A stretch of DNA of 64,000 nt. It comes from Nitrospirales bacterium (GTDB taxonomy: Bacteria; Nitrospirota; Nitrospiria; Nitrospirales; UBA8639). The stretch lies in NCBI GenBank assembly GCA_965203295.1, contig CBDBCZ010000019.1, positions 1,312,001 through 1,376,000 on the forward strand, written 5' to 3'. The translations under genes and the position numbers were made by a program. The first letter of the stretch is position 1, and each line of letters begins with the position of its first letter. Positions 22,417 to 32,475 of the stretch are shown here, in pieces. Under the pieces are notes generated by a model. It had not been told where the DNA came from. It ran no database searches and saw only the letters and a list, made by a program, of their open reading frames with translations.

Positions 22417-23237
22417 CTATGCCACTAGGCTCAAGTTCGACGTATGCCATCGAATCTCTCACGTTTGCGTATAGCGGGAGTGGTCGAGGGGCACGGAGAT
22501 GGGGATTCGATCACCTGGATTGTGAGATAGAAACGGGTAAAGTTTTGGGCATCATTGGCCCGAATGGGTCAGGTAAAACCACTTTGCTCAAGCTCCTCAT
22601 TAAGATTTTACAACCGCAATCCGGAGTGATCCGGTTGTTTGGTCAAGACGTGCAAGAAATCCCACAAATGAAGATTGCCCGATCGGTGGCCTTTGTCCCC
22701 CAGGAAAGCCAGCAACTTTTTCCCTTCACGATTGGAGAATTTGTGCTGATGGGGCGTTTCCCATACCACAGGCCCTTCGATGGACTGGGGTGGGAGAATC
22801 CCGATGACATCACGCTCGCAAAGCGAGCTATGACGGAAATGGATGTCAACCATCTTGTCGAAAGACAGATATCCGAAGTCTCGGGTGGCGAGCGTCAACG
22901 CGCGCTTTTAGCCCGCGCGCTTGTCCAGGAACCTCAGGTCCTTCTTTTGGATGAACCAACAGCTTTCTTAGATTTAAACCATCAGGTGGATATCGCCAGA
23001 AAACTTCGGCGACTGAACCACGAACATGGGCTTACTGTCGTGATCGTCTCTCACGATTTGAACTTGGCGAGTCAATATTGCGATCAACTTCTATTGTTAC
23101 AAAACGGAACAATCATCCAAAAGGGGACCCCAGAGGAAGTCATTCGACACGAAGTATTAGAAGCTGTGTATGGGTGTTCTGTGATGATCGATCGACATCC
23201 TCAATGCGGAAGGCCTCGGGTTTCATTGCCTTTGTAA
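22413..23237 (+). CDS. btuD: cobalamin/iron-chelate ABC transporter ATPase
   Basis: GPNGSGKT, SGGERQR, LLLDEPT, HDLN. Confidence 0.9.
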   Translation: MTMPLGSSSTYAIESLTFAYSGSGRGARRWGFDHLDCEIETGKVLGIIGPNGSGKTTLLKLLIKILQPQSGVIRLFGQDVQEIPQMKIARSVAFVPQESQQLFPFTIGEFVLMGRFPYHRPFDGLGWENPDDITLAKRAMTEMDVNHLVERQISEVSGGERQRALLARALVQEPQVLLLDEPTAFLDLNHQVDIARKLRRLNHEHGLTVVIVSHDLNLASQYCDQLLLLQNGTIIQKGTPEEVIRHEVLEAVYGCSVMIDRHPQCGRPRVSLPL

Positions 23238-23370
23238 GCGATAAGCAAATGGGTTTGGGGCAAGAGCTAAAAGGCAGAGAGGGTGCAACGTCATGCACGT
23301 CTCTTTGAGATGAGCCTTTTGCTCTTATTTTCAGTTCATTCTTTAACCATAAGGGGGAAGAGGAAATAAA

Positions 23371-23596
23371 CCGGCAGTGACGGGGAAGATGGTGAGAAAC
23401 CATCACGGCGCCGCCACTGTGAGCGGGGAGTGACTCTGCATGAGTGCCACTGGTTCAGCCTGTGAGGAGTGAGAGGTAAAGAGTTAAGGATTGGAGGAAT
23501 CGTCCTCCACTTCACAACAAACTTCTGAATCTTCATAGATGAACTGGGAAGGCGCAGGGAAACAACGATCCGCAAGTCAGGAGACTCAGCTGCCGG
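23371..23596 (+). ncRNA. cobalamin riboswitch (extended form)
   Basis: GGGAA-GATGGTGAGAAACCATC, GCCGCCACTGT, GCCACTG, TGGGAAGG, AAGTCAGGAGAC; closing stem CCGGCAG/CTGCCGG; upstream of TonB receptor. Confidence 0.88.
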
Positions 23597-23635
23597 ATCC
23601 TTCCAATATACCTTTCGAGCAAAGGGAGATGGAGC

Positions 23636-25768
23636 ATGTCTGCTACTCTTCGGGTTGTCCTGTTTCTGCAAGTTGTTCTTTCCGGATTTGCTTTTCATGT
23701 GACTCATGTTCAGGCTGAAGAGCCTGATTCAGCCGAGCCAGATAAATCCGTTCATCAGCTAACCGAGTATGTCGTGAGCGATACTCGATTGCCGTTACCA
23801 ACGGATGAAGCGTCGGTCCCATCTCATGTCTCGGCACAAATCACCGTGGTGAAGGAGGAAGATATCAAGAAGCTTGGGGCAAGAACCGCACAGGAAGCGT
23901 TACAGTTTCAACCCGGGGCCAATCTCGTTGATCAGGTCGGGAACGGCTTTGAGCAATCCATTTTTCTTCGTGGGTTTGTCGCAGATGTGAACTCCGTCAC
24001 AGTCGTTGTTGATGGCGTTCGGAGCAATGAACCGGGATTTAACCAGGTCAGGTACGACTTGGCTCCTATTCGTGATGCTGAACGTATTGAAATTCGTCCA
24101 GGCCCTTCCTCGATCTATGGGAAAAATGCGCTGGGCGGTGTGATCAATATCGTGACCAAACGCGGGAAGAAAACGAACGAAGCGAGTCTCGATCTTGGGT
24201 TTGGAAGTTTTCAACGGCGGTTAGTCAGGGGAAACGTCAGTGGCATGGTGGACGAGTTCGACTTTTACGTGAGTGGTGAGATGGAGGATGATAACGGGTT
24301 CCGGCGAGAATCAGACGCTAACCTGAGACGTTTTTTTGCGAAAACGGGATATCGTCCGAGTGATAAAACGGATGTTTTTCTCACATTCATGAGTATGAAT
24401 AATGATTTTGAGCAACCTGGATCGCTCACGCAAGCTGAGATAGATCAAGATCGTAACCAAGCATCACCTCGAAGTTCGACGTTTCAGAAGAATGAATTGA
24501 ACAAGGGAACGATTGATATACGACAACGGCTTTTTAAAAGTTTGTCGATGGCTCTGAATGGATACTACTATTTCCAAGATGATACGAATAATCTTACGTT
24601 TTCTAGTGGGACTTCAGATCGTACCTCTGATATCTACACGGGAGGTGCCACGCTTCAATTGACGCATGAGTCAAAGATTGGAAGAAGCAAGAATACTCTC
24701 ATTACGGGTGGAGAATTTAGACGGAACGATTTTGATGTGACCGCCAAGTCTTTCTTCGTTGGACTTGGTAGTACCCCTACCAATCAAGAAACAGATGAAA
24801 ATATTTATGCGCTTTTTGCGCAAGATTCTTTTGACGTCATTCCAGAGGTCACGATTACAGGGGGGGTGCGAAGTGATTGGGATCGGTATGACTTCACCGA
24901 CTTCATTACTTCGTCAAACAATGGAGCCAAGTCCTTTAATCGTGTCACTCCTCGTGCGGGAATTAACTATCGACCCATTCCTGGCGCTGACGTCTTTTTT
25001 GCATATTCCCAAGGGTTCCGAGTGCCCACCAACGATGAGTTATTTGCATTCGCGCCTTTTGATGCCAATCCTAACCTGAAACCCATCACTTCCAATAATT
25101 ATGAAGTTGGGGGGAGATGGCAGCGTGGATCTGTGCAAGGGAGTCTGTCCCTGTTTCGTGCGGATGTCTCAGATGATATTTTCTTTTTCTGTGCACCTGG
25201 TGATTGCGTCGGAGGACAGAACCGGAATGTCGACGAAACTCGACGGCAAGGTATAGAGGCTTCAGTACAGGCTATACTCAATAGATCGGTTGACGTGTTT
25301 CTCAATTACACGTACACGCAAGCGACCTTTGAAAGTCCATTCTTTACGATTGGCGCTACCTCGAGCAATCCTCAACTTGTTGAACCTGGCGACTCTATTC
25401 CGATGGTTCCTCAGAACCAGGCAGCCTTTGGGGTCAATGTCCATCCTGTCCCTGGTCTTCTGATATCCATCAATGGATTAGCTGTGAGTAGCAGGGTATT
25501 CTTAGGAGACGAAGGGAACACCCAGGATCGATTGCCAGGTTATGTTGTCCTGAATGCTAGGGTAGCGTATGAAAAGCCTATTCGTTCGGAGGTTTTGGGA
25601 CTACCAGGAATGATCGCGGGATTCTTTCAGGTGAATAATTTCCTTGATCATGAGTATAACTTGTCTGGTCGCTACAACCAAGAGTTTCTTGATCCCACCT
25701 TTGTTCTAGCTCCTCCTCTCAGTGTTTTTGGCGGCTTGAGCTTCAAATATGATAGTAGTCTGAGTTAG
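23636..25768 (+). CDS. TonB-dependent receptor, probably cobalamin (BtuB-like)
   Basis: Signal peptide, plug motif (RIEIRPGPSSIYGKNALGGVINIVTK), beta-barrel; preceded by a B12 riboswitch. Confidence 0.9.
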   Translation: MSATLRVVLFLQVVLSGFAFHVTHVQAEEPDSAEPDKSVHQLTEYVVSDTRLPLPTDEASVPSHVSAQITVVKEEDIKKLGARTAQEALQFQPGANLVDQVGNGFEQSIFLRGFVADVNSVTVVVDGVRSNEPGFNQVRYDLAPIRDAERIEIRPGPSSIYGKNALGGVINIVTKRGKKTNEASLDLGFGSFQRRLVRGNVSGMVDEFDFYVSGEMEDDNGFRRESDANLRRFFAKTGYRPSDKTDVFLTFMSMNNDFEQPGSLTQAEIDQDRNQASPRSSTFQKNELNKGTIDIRQRLFKSLSMALNGYYYFQDDTNNLTFSSGTSDRTSDIYTGGATLQLTHESKIGRSKNTLITGGEFRRNDFDVTAKSFFVGLGSTPTNQETDENIYALFAQDSFDVIPEVTITGGVRSDWDRYDFTDFITSSNNGAKSFNRVTPRAGINYRPIPGADVFFAYSQGFRVPTNDELFAFAPFDANPNLKPITSNNYEVGGRWQRGSVQGSLSLFRADVSDDIFFFCAPGDCVGGQNRNVDETRRQGIEASVQAILNRSVDVFLNYTYTQATFESPFFTIGATSSNPQLVEPGDSIPMVPQNQAAFGVNVHPVPGLLISINGLAVSSRVFLGDEGNTQDRLPGYVVLNARVAYEKPIRSEVLGLPGMIAGFFQVNNFLDHEYNLSGRYNQEFLDPTFVLAPPLSVFGGLSFKYDSSLS

Positions 25769-25808
25769 ATCTCAAGCAAAAGGCACCTTGAAGGAAGAAA
25801 GGATAGCC

Positions 25809-26390
25809 ATGAGAATTACGAAAGTGTATACACGAACGGGTGATGCTGGAAAGACTCGGCTTGCAGATGGCCAAGAGGTGTGGAAGGATACATTGCGTGT
25901 CGAGGCCTTTGGCACGGTAGATGAACTGAGTTCTGTTATTGGACTCAGTCGAGTCTTTAACAATGACTTGGCGGGGAATCAATCACATGTGAGCAAGTTG
26001 GATAAGGAACTTCGCTGGATTCAGAACAAATTGTTTGATGTTGGAGGAGTCTTAGCAACGACATCAGGTCAGGAATTACCCAATATGCCCAAAGTGACGG
26101 AGAATGACGTGCTTCACCTTGAGCAGCTCATGGATTCCTGTCAGAAGGAACTCGCTCCGCTTGAGGAGTTCCTTTTGCTGGGAGGAGGGAAAGTGTCTGG
26201 ATTTCTTCACCTGGCGAGGACCGTTTGTCGCCGAGCAGAACGTCTCTGTGTTCGTCTAGCCAGAGAGGATGCGGTTGATCCTGTGTTCCTTAGGTTTTTG
26301 AACCGACTGAGCGATGGACTGTTTGTCTTGGCACGGTGGACAGCTAAGAATCAAGGAGAACCGGAATTTTTATGGGAACGACACCCATGA
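25809..26390 (+). CDS. cob(I)alamin adenosyltransferase, PduO type
   Basis: KVYTRTGDAGKT, GTVDELSS, ARTVCRRAER, LNRLSD. Confidence 0.95.
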   Translation: MRITKVYTRTGDAGKTRLADGQEVWKDTLRVEAFGTVDELSSVIGLSRVFNNDLAGNQSHVSKLDKELRWIQNKLFDVGGVLATTSGQELPNMPKVTENDVLHLEQLMDSCQKELAPLEEFLLLGGGKVSGFLHLARTVCRRAERLCVRLAREDAVDPVFLRFLNRLSDGLFVLARWTAKNQGEPEFLWERHP

Positions 26391-26821
26391 CAGTGGGGCA
26401 TAGAAAAACTGGTTTCCTGATAGTGTTCATTCTTATGGGCATTGTTCTTGTGGCTTGCTCGGTGAATGAAGAAAATAAACCTTTGGATCCCAAGGCAGAG
26501 GAAGCGTTGAAATTGGTCAAAACCCATCCTGCAAGACAGGCTTCGACGATAGAGCAGGCTTTACACGATATTGTTGAGGAGATGGAGAAAAAGGGACAAC
26601 CAGTACGGATGGGGGAATGGCGTGTCGCTCAAGAAGCGCCTGATGTGTATGTCGTGAGCATGCTTATTCTGGAGAAAGGAGTTTCGGATTGGATTGAGCG
26701 AGACTATGCCTGGCGAGTCGATCTGAGAGACAAGTTTCTCCGAGTTATTACTCTCCCTGCAACCCATGTGATGCCGTTTCATGAGCTTCCCCCGTTGCCC
26801 ATGGACCCTGCAAATTTTTAG
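26387..26821 (+). CDS. lipoprotein, hypothetical
   Basis: LVAC lipobox; ATGA overlap with the upstream stop. Confidence 0.7.
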   Translation: MTVGHRKTGFLIVFILMGIVLVACSVNEENKPLDPKAEEALKLVKTHPARQASTIEQALHDIVEEMEKKGQPVRMGEWRVAQEAPDVYVVSMLILEKGVSDWIERDYAWRVDLRDKFLRVITLPATHVMPFHELPPLPMDPANF

Positions 26822-27150
26822 GTGAGAGGTTCATCCCATGACAAGGAGATTTGAATGCAATCCTCTTGGATTCGCACGGGATATGATTGAACCTTCCACG
26901 CCTCCACCGGATTTTTCTGACATTCCCCAGTTTTGACATAGAATTTCCATCCATGCCACGGGCACGTAATCATATCTCCTTCCAAAGACCCTTCTCCAAG
27001 AGGTCCGCCGGCATGGGGACAGATATTGTCGAGTGCAAAAATTTCCCCCTCAACGTTAAAAATGGCAATGGTGATATCGCCGTCCAGATCCACTGAGCGA
27101 CAAGCGCCTGGTTCAAGGTCAGAATATTTTGCAGCATTGACCCATTTCAT
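26818..27150 (-). CDS. Rieske [2Fe-2S] ferredoxin
   Basis: CPHAGGPL ... CPWHGW. Confidence 0.93.
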   Translation of the reverse strand: MKWVNAAKYSDLEPGACRSVDLDGDITIAIFNVEGEIFALDNICPHAGGPLGEGSLEGDMITCPWHGWKFYVKTGECQKNPVEAWKVQSYPVRIQEDCIQISLSWDEPLT

Positions 27151-27329
27151 GAGGCCCAACTCCACATTGTTTTGTTAGCCGATCGGGGAGTCTAGCAGTA
27201 TGGATGATGGCCTTCAAGGAAGCTCCATGCCTCCATATTGATTCCTCGTCAGCAGCATGTTATACAAAGAAGAGCCTATGGGTCTCAGGTATGGTTCTGT
27301 AAAAAAGTATCCCAATCAATGGTTCACGT

Positions 27330-27866
27330 ATGGAAATGACCTTATTGTTAAATGCGACCTATGAACCTCTGCGTGTGGTTCATTGGCAAAAAGCTATTAC
27401 CTTACTATGGCAAGGAAAGGTTGAAGTTCTCGAATTCTACGAACGTGATATCCGAGGAGTGACCATTACGTTCAAGCTTCCCTCCGTGATGCGGCTGTTA
27501 AAGGTGGTGAAATTGCAGTCTTCCCACCGGGTTGTGAAGTTTTCTCGAATTAATATTTTCACGCGTGACAAGTATACATGCCAATATTGCTATAAACGGT
27601 ATCATACCGAAGAATTGACGTTTGATCATGTTCTTCCGATTGCCAGGGGAGGGCGAAAAACCTGGGAAAATATTGTCACGGCATGTTGGCGATGTAACAA
27701 TAAAAAGAGTGGAAGGACTCCGGAACAAGCTGGGATGAAACTCCACAAGAGGCCCGTGAAGCCCAGGTGGACCCCTACCTTGACGGTGACAATTGGTGTT
27801 CGAAATACTCCGGATAGTTGGCGCGATTACATTTATTGGAATATTGCGTTGGATGCCGAAGAGTGA
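27330..27866 (+). CDS. HNH endonuclease (McrA-like)
   Basis: LLLNATYEPL, RD-YTCQYC, TFDHVLP-ARGG, TWENIVTACWRCNNKK. Confidence 0.93.
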   Translation: MEMTLLLNATYEPLRVVHWQKAITLLWQGKVEVLEFYERDIRGVTITFKLPSVMRLLKVVKLQSSHRVVKFSRINIFTRDKYTCQYCYKRYHTEELTFDHVLPIARGGRKTWENIVTACWRCNNKKSGRTPEQAGMKLHKRPVKPRWTPTLTVTIGVRNTPDSWRDYIYWNIALDAEE

Positions 27867-28001
27867 GGAGACTCTGCGCCTCGTACGTCACCCTTGCCGG
27901 TGAATGACTTGCCCTTGCTGTAATCTTCAGTTTTCCCACCATTTTTCAAGTCTGGCATTGTTTCTAGATGAAAGCTTTAGTCTGGGAGAGAGGAGCGACA
28001 A

Positions 28002-28655
28002 ATGACTATTAATCCTGGTTTTCAAGTTTCCCTTGATGTTCAGGGGCGTATGTGTGTGGTTATCGGGGGAGATGATGAGGCAGAAGAAAAGATTAACCGT
28101 TTACTCGATGCTGGCGCCAAGGTTGTGGTTGTCAATCCGACCTTCAATCCTTCGATTCGAAAGCTCACGGCTTCGGGAAAAGTCATTCACCGCGGGAGGC
28201 GTTTCCGGTCAACGGACACCCAGGGAGCGTTTCTCATTCTTAATGTGGTTCGTGATGACAACGACCTTTCTCAATCGTTGTTTGAGTTGGCCAAAGTGGA
28301 ACGGTTCTTGGTGTGGTCCATTGATCAGCCTGAGCTTTCCACATTCGTGATGACGGCTCTCGTTTCTCGTGGGCATTTTCGCCTAGCGATTAGCACAAGC
28401 GGGGCTTCTCCCGCATTGGCAAGCCTTTTGCGGCAGCAGAATGAATCCATTTTCGATGACGATTTTTGCAGGTTTTTGGATTGGTTAGGTGACATGCGTC
28501 AAGAATTACAACAAAAGGAGCCACATGAGGGACGGCGCCGCGAACAGCTCAAAGCAGCGGTGGAAGGATTTACGATGACAGGGGCGGTGACGTATCCGGC
28601 TGGATGGCTTGAAGCAAAAAAGACGCAAGACACTCAAGCAGAGAAAGTGGGGTAA
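28002..28655 (+). CDS. precorrin-2 dehydrogenase/sirohydrochlorin ferrochelatase (CysG N-terminal/SirC-like)
   Basis: CVVIGG, LLDAGAKV, AISTSGASPALA. Confidence 0.85.
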   Translation: MTINPGFQVSLDVQGRMCVVIGGDDEAEEKINRLLDAGAKVVVVNPTFNPSIRKLTASGKVIHRGRRFRSTDTQGAFLILNVVRDDNDLSQSLFELAKVERFLVWSIDQPELSTFVMTALVSRGHFRLAISTSGASPALASLLRQQNESIFDDDFCRFLDWLGDMRQELQQKEPHEGRRREQLKAAVEGFTMTGAVTYPAGWLEAKKTQDTQAEKVG

Positions 28656-28658
28656 TTT

Positions 28659-28967
28659 ATGGTCCTCTTGGAGTTTAGTATGTCTCCCCTTGGAAAAGGA
28701 GAAAGTGTCGGGAAATATGTGTCCAGGTCTTTGGAGATTATTGATCGCAGTGGTGTGAATTATCGCCTCAACCCTATGGGAACCGTATTAGAAGGGGAGT
28801 GGGATGAGGTTTTTGACGTCGTGAAGAAGTGTTACAAGCGGATGAGTAAAGATTGTAAACGCATTTCTTGTGTGATGAAGGTCGATTACCGCCGCGGTCA
28901 TAAAGGGCGGCTGAGCGGGAAAGTGGCAAGCGTTGAAAAACGGTTGAAGCGGACGTTAAAGACCTAA
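28659..28967 (+). CDS. MTH1187 family thiamine-binding protein
   Basis: EFSMSPLG, SVGKYV, YRLNPMGTVLEGEWD. Confidence 0.92.
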   Translation: MVLLEFSMSPLGKGESVGKYVSRSLEIIDRSGVNYRLNPMGTVLEGEWDEVFDVVKKCYKRMSKDCKRISCVMKVDYRRGHKGRLSGKVASVEKRLKRTLKT

Positions 28968-29063
28968 AGCTCGAGTCCTCAGTGACAAAAAAATCGGTTT
29001 TGGTTTTTTAGACAGTATCGATAGGGGAATTTAAAGTTTCGAGTTTAAAGAACAGTTTCGCTT

Positions 29064-29250
29064 TGCCGGGTTTCGCCCCGGCAGTCGAGGTCATTTTGTT
29101 TCGGCAAAAGGACCCAAAACAATTCCCGCCTGCGCGTGGCCCTGAGGGTCTCCTTCATCCCAACACCAAATCACATGGCTGCGGAACTCGCTCCGCTCAG
29201 ACAGTCCTCGCCAAATTGTCGGATTTGGTGTTGAGACTCAGCCACGCACA
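29064..29250. repeat. structured intergenic palindromic element
   Basis: Hairpins TGCCGGG/CCCGGCA and GGTC-A-TTTTG/CAAAA-G-GACC; nested stems GCGTGGC/GCCACGC and CAACACCAAATC/GATTTGGTGTTG. Confidence 0.65.
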
Positions 29251-29321
29251 AAGCGGAACAGAAACAATGAAACAGAGTTAACTGGAAGTCAGGTTTTGAT
29301 GACTTAATACTTTCCTTCCAC

Positions 29322-30506
29322 TCACTGAGGATTTGTCTCAGGTTCTACGAAAGGCTCGTATCGGCGAGTGACACGAGGCCCAATATTACAGAGAACCTCG
29401 TAGGGAATCGTTTCCTGCCAATCTGCCAATTCACCCACTGAAATTTCTTCCTTTCCCTGCTTCCCTACTAACACCACTTCATCTCCTGGGCGGACCTGAG
29501 GCGTATCAGTGATGTCAAGGAGCATCATGTCCATGCAAATTTGTCCGACAATTGGGACTCGCTGATTGCCCGCTAAGACAAAACCCCGATTCGAGAGACG
29601 TCGGCTATACCCGTGAGCATACCCGATGGGAAGCACCGCAATTCGGGAGGGACGTCTTGTTTTGTAGGTACCCTTGTAACTGACAGGTTCTCCAGAATCA
29701 ATTTTCCGAACTTGGACGATTTTTGTGGTGAGCCTCATGGCTGGCAGAAGGTCGAGAGCGTGAGGGGGAGGAGGTTTTGGGGCAAACCCGTAAAGCATGA
29801 GTCCTGGGCGGACGAGATTAAAATGAGAAGATGGGTGGAGGACGATTCCCGCTGTGTTGGCTGCGTGGACAAAAGGAATCGTAAGCCCCCTTAGTTGAAT
29901 GTCACGCACAACCTTTTGGAAGCAGTCGAGCTGAAGCTCGGAAAACTCGTGATTAGGGTTATCGGCATCGGCGAGATGAGTCATGATACCTTCAATAAAA
30001 CAGGCTTGCCGAAAAAGGGGTGCCTCAAGAATATGCGAAACGGATTCAGGACTAAACCCAAGACGATGCATGCCCGTGTCGATCTTGATATGCACGCTGT
30101 AGGGTGTTGGGTGATCTTTGAGGTGTTCAGCTAGGGCAAAGGCTGTCTCTTCGTCAGAAATCACTGGGATAAGGTTGTATTGAATCAAATCTGAGAACTG
30201 CCAAGGAAAGATGCCACCTAAAAGGACAATAGAACCCTCTACCCCATTTTCCCGTAAAAAAGCACCTTCTTGAACGGTGGAAACGCCAAAACGACGGATC
30301 CCCAACTTGAAAAGAGTTCGGGCAACAGGCAAGGCTCCATGCCCATACCCATCGGCTTTCACAATGGCCAGAATTTCGCAATTTGGTTCGAGCAATCGAC
30401 GGAGCTCAGCCAGATTGTGAGCAATGGCAGGAAGACTAATCGAAGCAATGGTAGGGGAGTCGTGGGAGATGTCAGGTAGTCTGATCACAGCAGATTGGTT
30501 GGACAC
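29322..30506 (-). CDS. alr: alanine racemase
   Basis: IVKADGYGHG, KIDTGMHRLG, THLADAD, VRPGLMLYG, ICMD. Confidence 0.97.
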   Translation of the reverse strand: MSNQSAVIRLPDISHDSPTIASISLPAIAHNLAELRRLLEPNCEILAIVKADGYGHGALPVARTLFKLGIRRFGVSTVQEGAFLRENGVEGSIVLLGGIFPWQFSDLIQYNLIPVISDEETAFALAEHLKDHPTPYSVHIKIDTGMHRLGFSPESVSHILEAPLFRQACFIEGIMTHLADADNPNHEFSELQLDCFQKVVRDIQLRGLTIPFVHAANTAGIVLHPSSHFNLVRPGLMLYGFAPKPPPPHALDLLPAMRLTTKIVQVRKIDSGEPVSYKGTYKTRRPSRIAVLPIGYAHGYSRRLSNRGFVLAGNQRVPIVGQICMDMMLLDITDTPQVRPGDEVVLVGKQGKEEISVGELADWQETIPYEVLCNIGPRVTRRYEPFVEPETNPQ

Positions 30507-30515
30507 GAAGGCACC

Positions 30516-31073
30516 TCAAATTTCTAATATTTCCTCCTCCTTTTTCTTTAAGAGCTTGTCAACCTTTTTGACATCTTGATCTGTCAGTTTCTGAATTTCA
30601 GCCTCTCCCTGATGTAATTCATCTTCTGTTATTTTGGATTCCTTCTGAAGTTCTTTTAATCGGTCGTTTCCTTCCCGTCGAATCCCACGGATATGAACCT
30701 TTGTCTCTTCACCATACTTTTTACTTATTTTAACAAGTTCTTTACGACGTTCTTCACTTAACGGGGGAATGGGCAATCGGACGATTTTCCCGTCATTGGA
30801 TGGTGTGAGCCCTAACTCCGAAGACAAAATGGCCTTTTCAATTTCTTTGATTAACGTGGGATCCCAAGGCTGAATCGTGATAAGTCGAGTATCGGACAAA
30901 GCCAAATTGGCGACTTGCTTCAATGGGGTGGGGTTTCCGTAATACTCCACGGTGACCCGGTCTAACAATGAAAGGGAGGCACGTCCTGTCCGCAAGCCAG
31001 CCAGTTCTCTCTTGAGGTGCTCAATGGCTCCATCCATTTGCTGCGTCAATTTTTGAAGAACAGCCTGGTCCAT
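30516..31073 (-). CDS. frr: ribosome recycling factor
   Basis: LRTGRA, YYGNPTPL, PPLSEERRKELVK. Confidence 0.98.
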   Translation of the reverse strand: MDQAVLQKLTQQMDGAIEHLKRELAGLRTGRASLSLLDRVTVEYYGNPTPLKQVANLALSDTRLITIQPWDPTLIKEIEKAILSSELGLTPSNDGKIVRLPIPPLSEERRKELVKISKKYGEETKVHIRGIRREGNDRLKELQKESKITEDELHQGEAEIQKLTDQDVKKVDKLLKKKEEEILEI

Positions 31074-31090
31074 CTCCTTCCGCTCACTCC

Positions 31091-31822
31091 TTAGTTTAAG
31101 GTGGCAGTATGGCTCACAAGTGTTCCTATTTTATCGCCTTGGACCACTCGCTTCAAATTTCCTGGCTCGGTCAAATTAAACACGATGAGAGGTAGTTGGT
31201 TATCCATGCAGAGAGTAATCGCAGTCGCGTCCATGACTTTAAGGCTTTTATTCAATATTGAGAGGAACGGCAGTTCAGCATACATTTTAGCCGTTGGATT
31301 GGTTAGGGGGTCTGCCTCGTAAATCCCATTGACCTTCGTGCCTTTCATGATGACTTCGGCCCCAACTTCCATAGCGCGAAGGGCAGCGGCTGTGTCAGTG
31401 GTGAAATAGGGGTTCCCGGTACCGGCAGCAAAAATGACAATCCGTTTCTTCTCGAGGTGGCGAATAGCCCGTCGACGGATATACCCTTCGGCTAATTGAT
31501 GCATTTCAATCGCCGATAACACACGGGTTGCAATCTTCTTTTTCTCCAGCGCATTCTGCAGCGCTAGCGCATTGAGCATGGTCGCCAGCATGCCCATGTA
31601 ATCGGCCGATGCCCTTTCCATTCCCGATGCACTCGCTGCGATTCCCCGAAAGATGTTCCCACCACCAATGACCAGAGCGACTTCCACCTCCATGCTCACA
31701 ATGTCAGCAATTTCACTCGTGAGTTGGTTGAGCACCTCAGGTTGGATTCCGTAATTCAGGTCGCCTGCCAACATCTCTCCACTGATTTTGAGAAGAATGC
31801 GACGGTATTGGCGTGATTTCAT
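31091..31822 (-). CDS. pyrH: UMP kinase
   Basis: [23 protein letters not shown]. Confidence 0.98.
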   Translation of the reverse strand: MKSRQYRRILLKISGEMLAGDLNYGIQPEVLNQLTSEIADIVSMEVEVALVIGGGNIFRGIAASASGMERASADYMGMLATMLNALALQNALEKKKIATRVLSAIEMHQLAEGYIRRRAIRHLEKKRIVIFAAGTGNPYFTTDTAAALRAMEVGAEVIMKGTKVNGIYEADPLTNPTAKMYAELPFLSILNKSLKVMDATAITLCMDNQLPLIVFNLTEPGNLKRVVQGDKIGTLVSHTATLN

Positions 31823-32415
31823 CCCTGTCCCAATTGGTAGCGAGTAAATCGTCTAATAGAAATGTTTTCCCCAATTTTGGCGATTATTTGGTTGAGCAGT
31901 TCATTGACGGACACAGACGTATCTTTAATAAAGGCCTGTTCTCGCAAGCATTGATCTTGATAAAATTTCTCAACTTTTCCATTGACAATCTTATCCCAAG
32001 CTGCCTCAGGTTTACCCATTTCCTTGGCCTGGCCTATATAAATATTTTTTTCCCGCTCTAAGAGTTCCGTAGGGACATCTTCTCGCCGGACAAAGGATGG
32101 ATTGGCAGCGGCAATTTGAAGCGCAATATCTTTGGCAAAGGCCTGAAATTCAGCATTTCTGGCAACAAAGTCGGTTTCGCAATTAATTTCTAAAAGAACG
32201 CCAATCTTATTGCCTGCGTGAATGTATGACGTGATAATCCCTTCTTTTGTTTCCCTGCCAGCCTTTTTTTGGGCTGCCGCGAGACCTTTTTGCCGAAGAA
32301 AATCAACGGCTTTTTCAATGTCGTGACTGTTTTCTTTCAAGGCATTTTGACAGTCCAAAATGCCGGCTCCTGTTTTTTCTCGAAGTTCTTTTACCAAGGC
32401 GGTCATACTGGCCAT
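31819..32415 (-). CDS. tsf: elongation factor Ts (short form)
   Basis: [28 protein letters not shown]. Confidence 0.98.
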   Translation of the reverse strand: MASMTALVKELREKTGAGILDCQNALKENSHDIEKAVDFLRQKGLAAAQKKAGRETKEGIITSYIHAGNKIGVLLEINCETDFVARNAEFQAFAKDIALQIAAANPSFVRREDVPTELLEREKNIYIGQAKEMGKPEAAWDKIVNGKVEKFYQDQCLREQAFIKDTSVSVNELLNQIIAKIGENISIRRFTRYQLGQG

Positions 32416-32475
32416 GATGTGTCTGCTCCTTTAATGTAATGTAGTCGAGAGGAGTTAGTGACGGGTAAGCGAACG

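Noticed and set aside
27330..27866. HNH nuclease as part of a defence or RNA-guided system
   Set aside because: Stand-alone McrA-like family with housekeeping neighbours; no array, methylase, RuvC motifs or adjacent structured RNA seen.
29063..29281. 72-aa ORF here, and likewise the ORFs at 44674-44986
   Set aside because: They overlap structured repeat elements and have no protein-like features; probably spurious.
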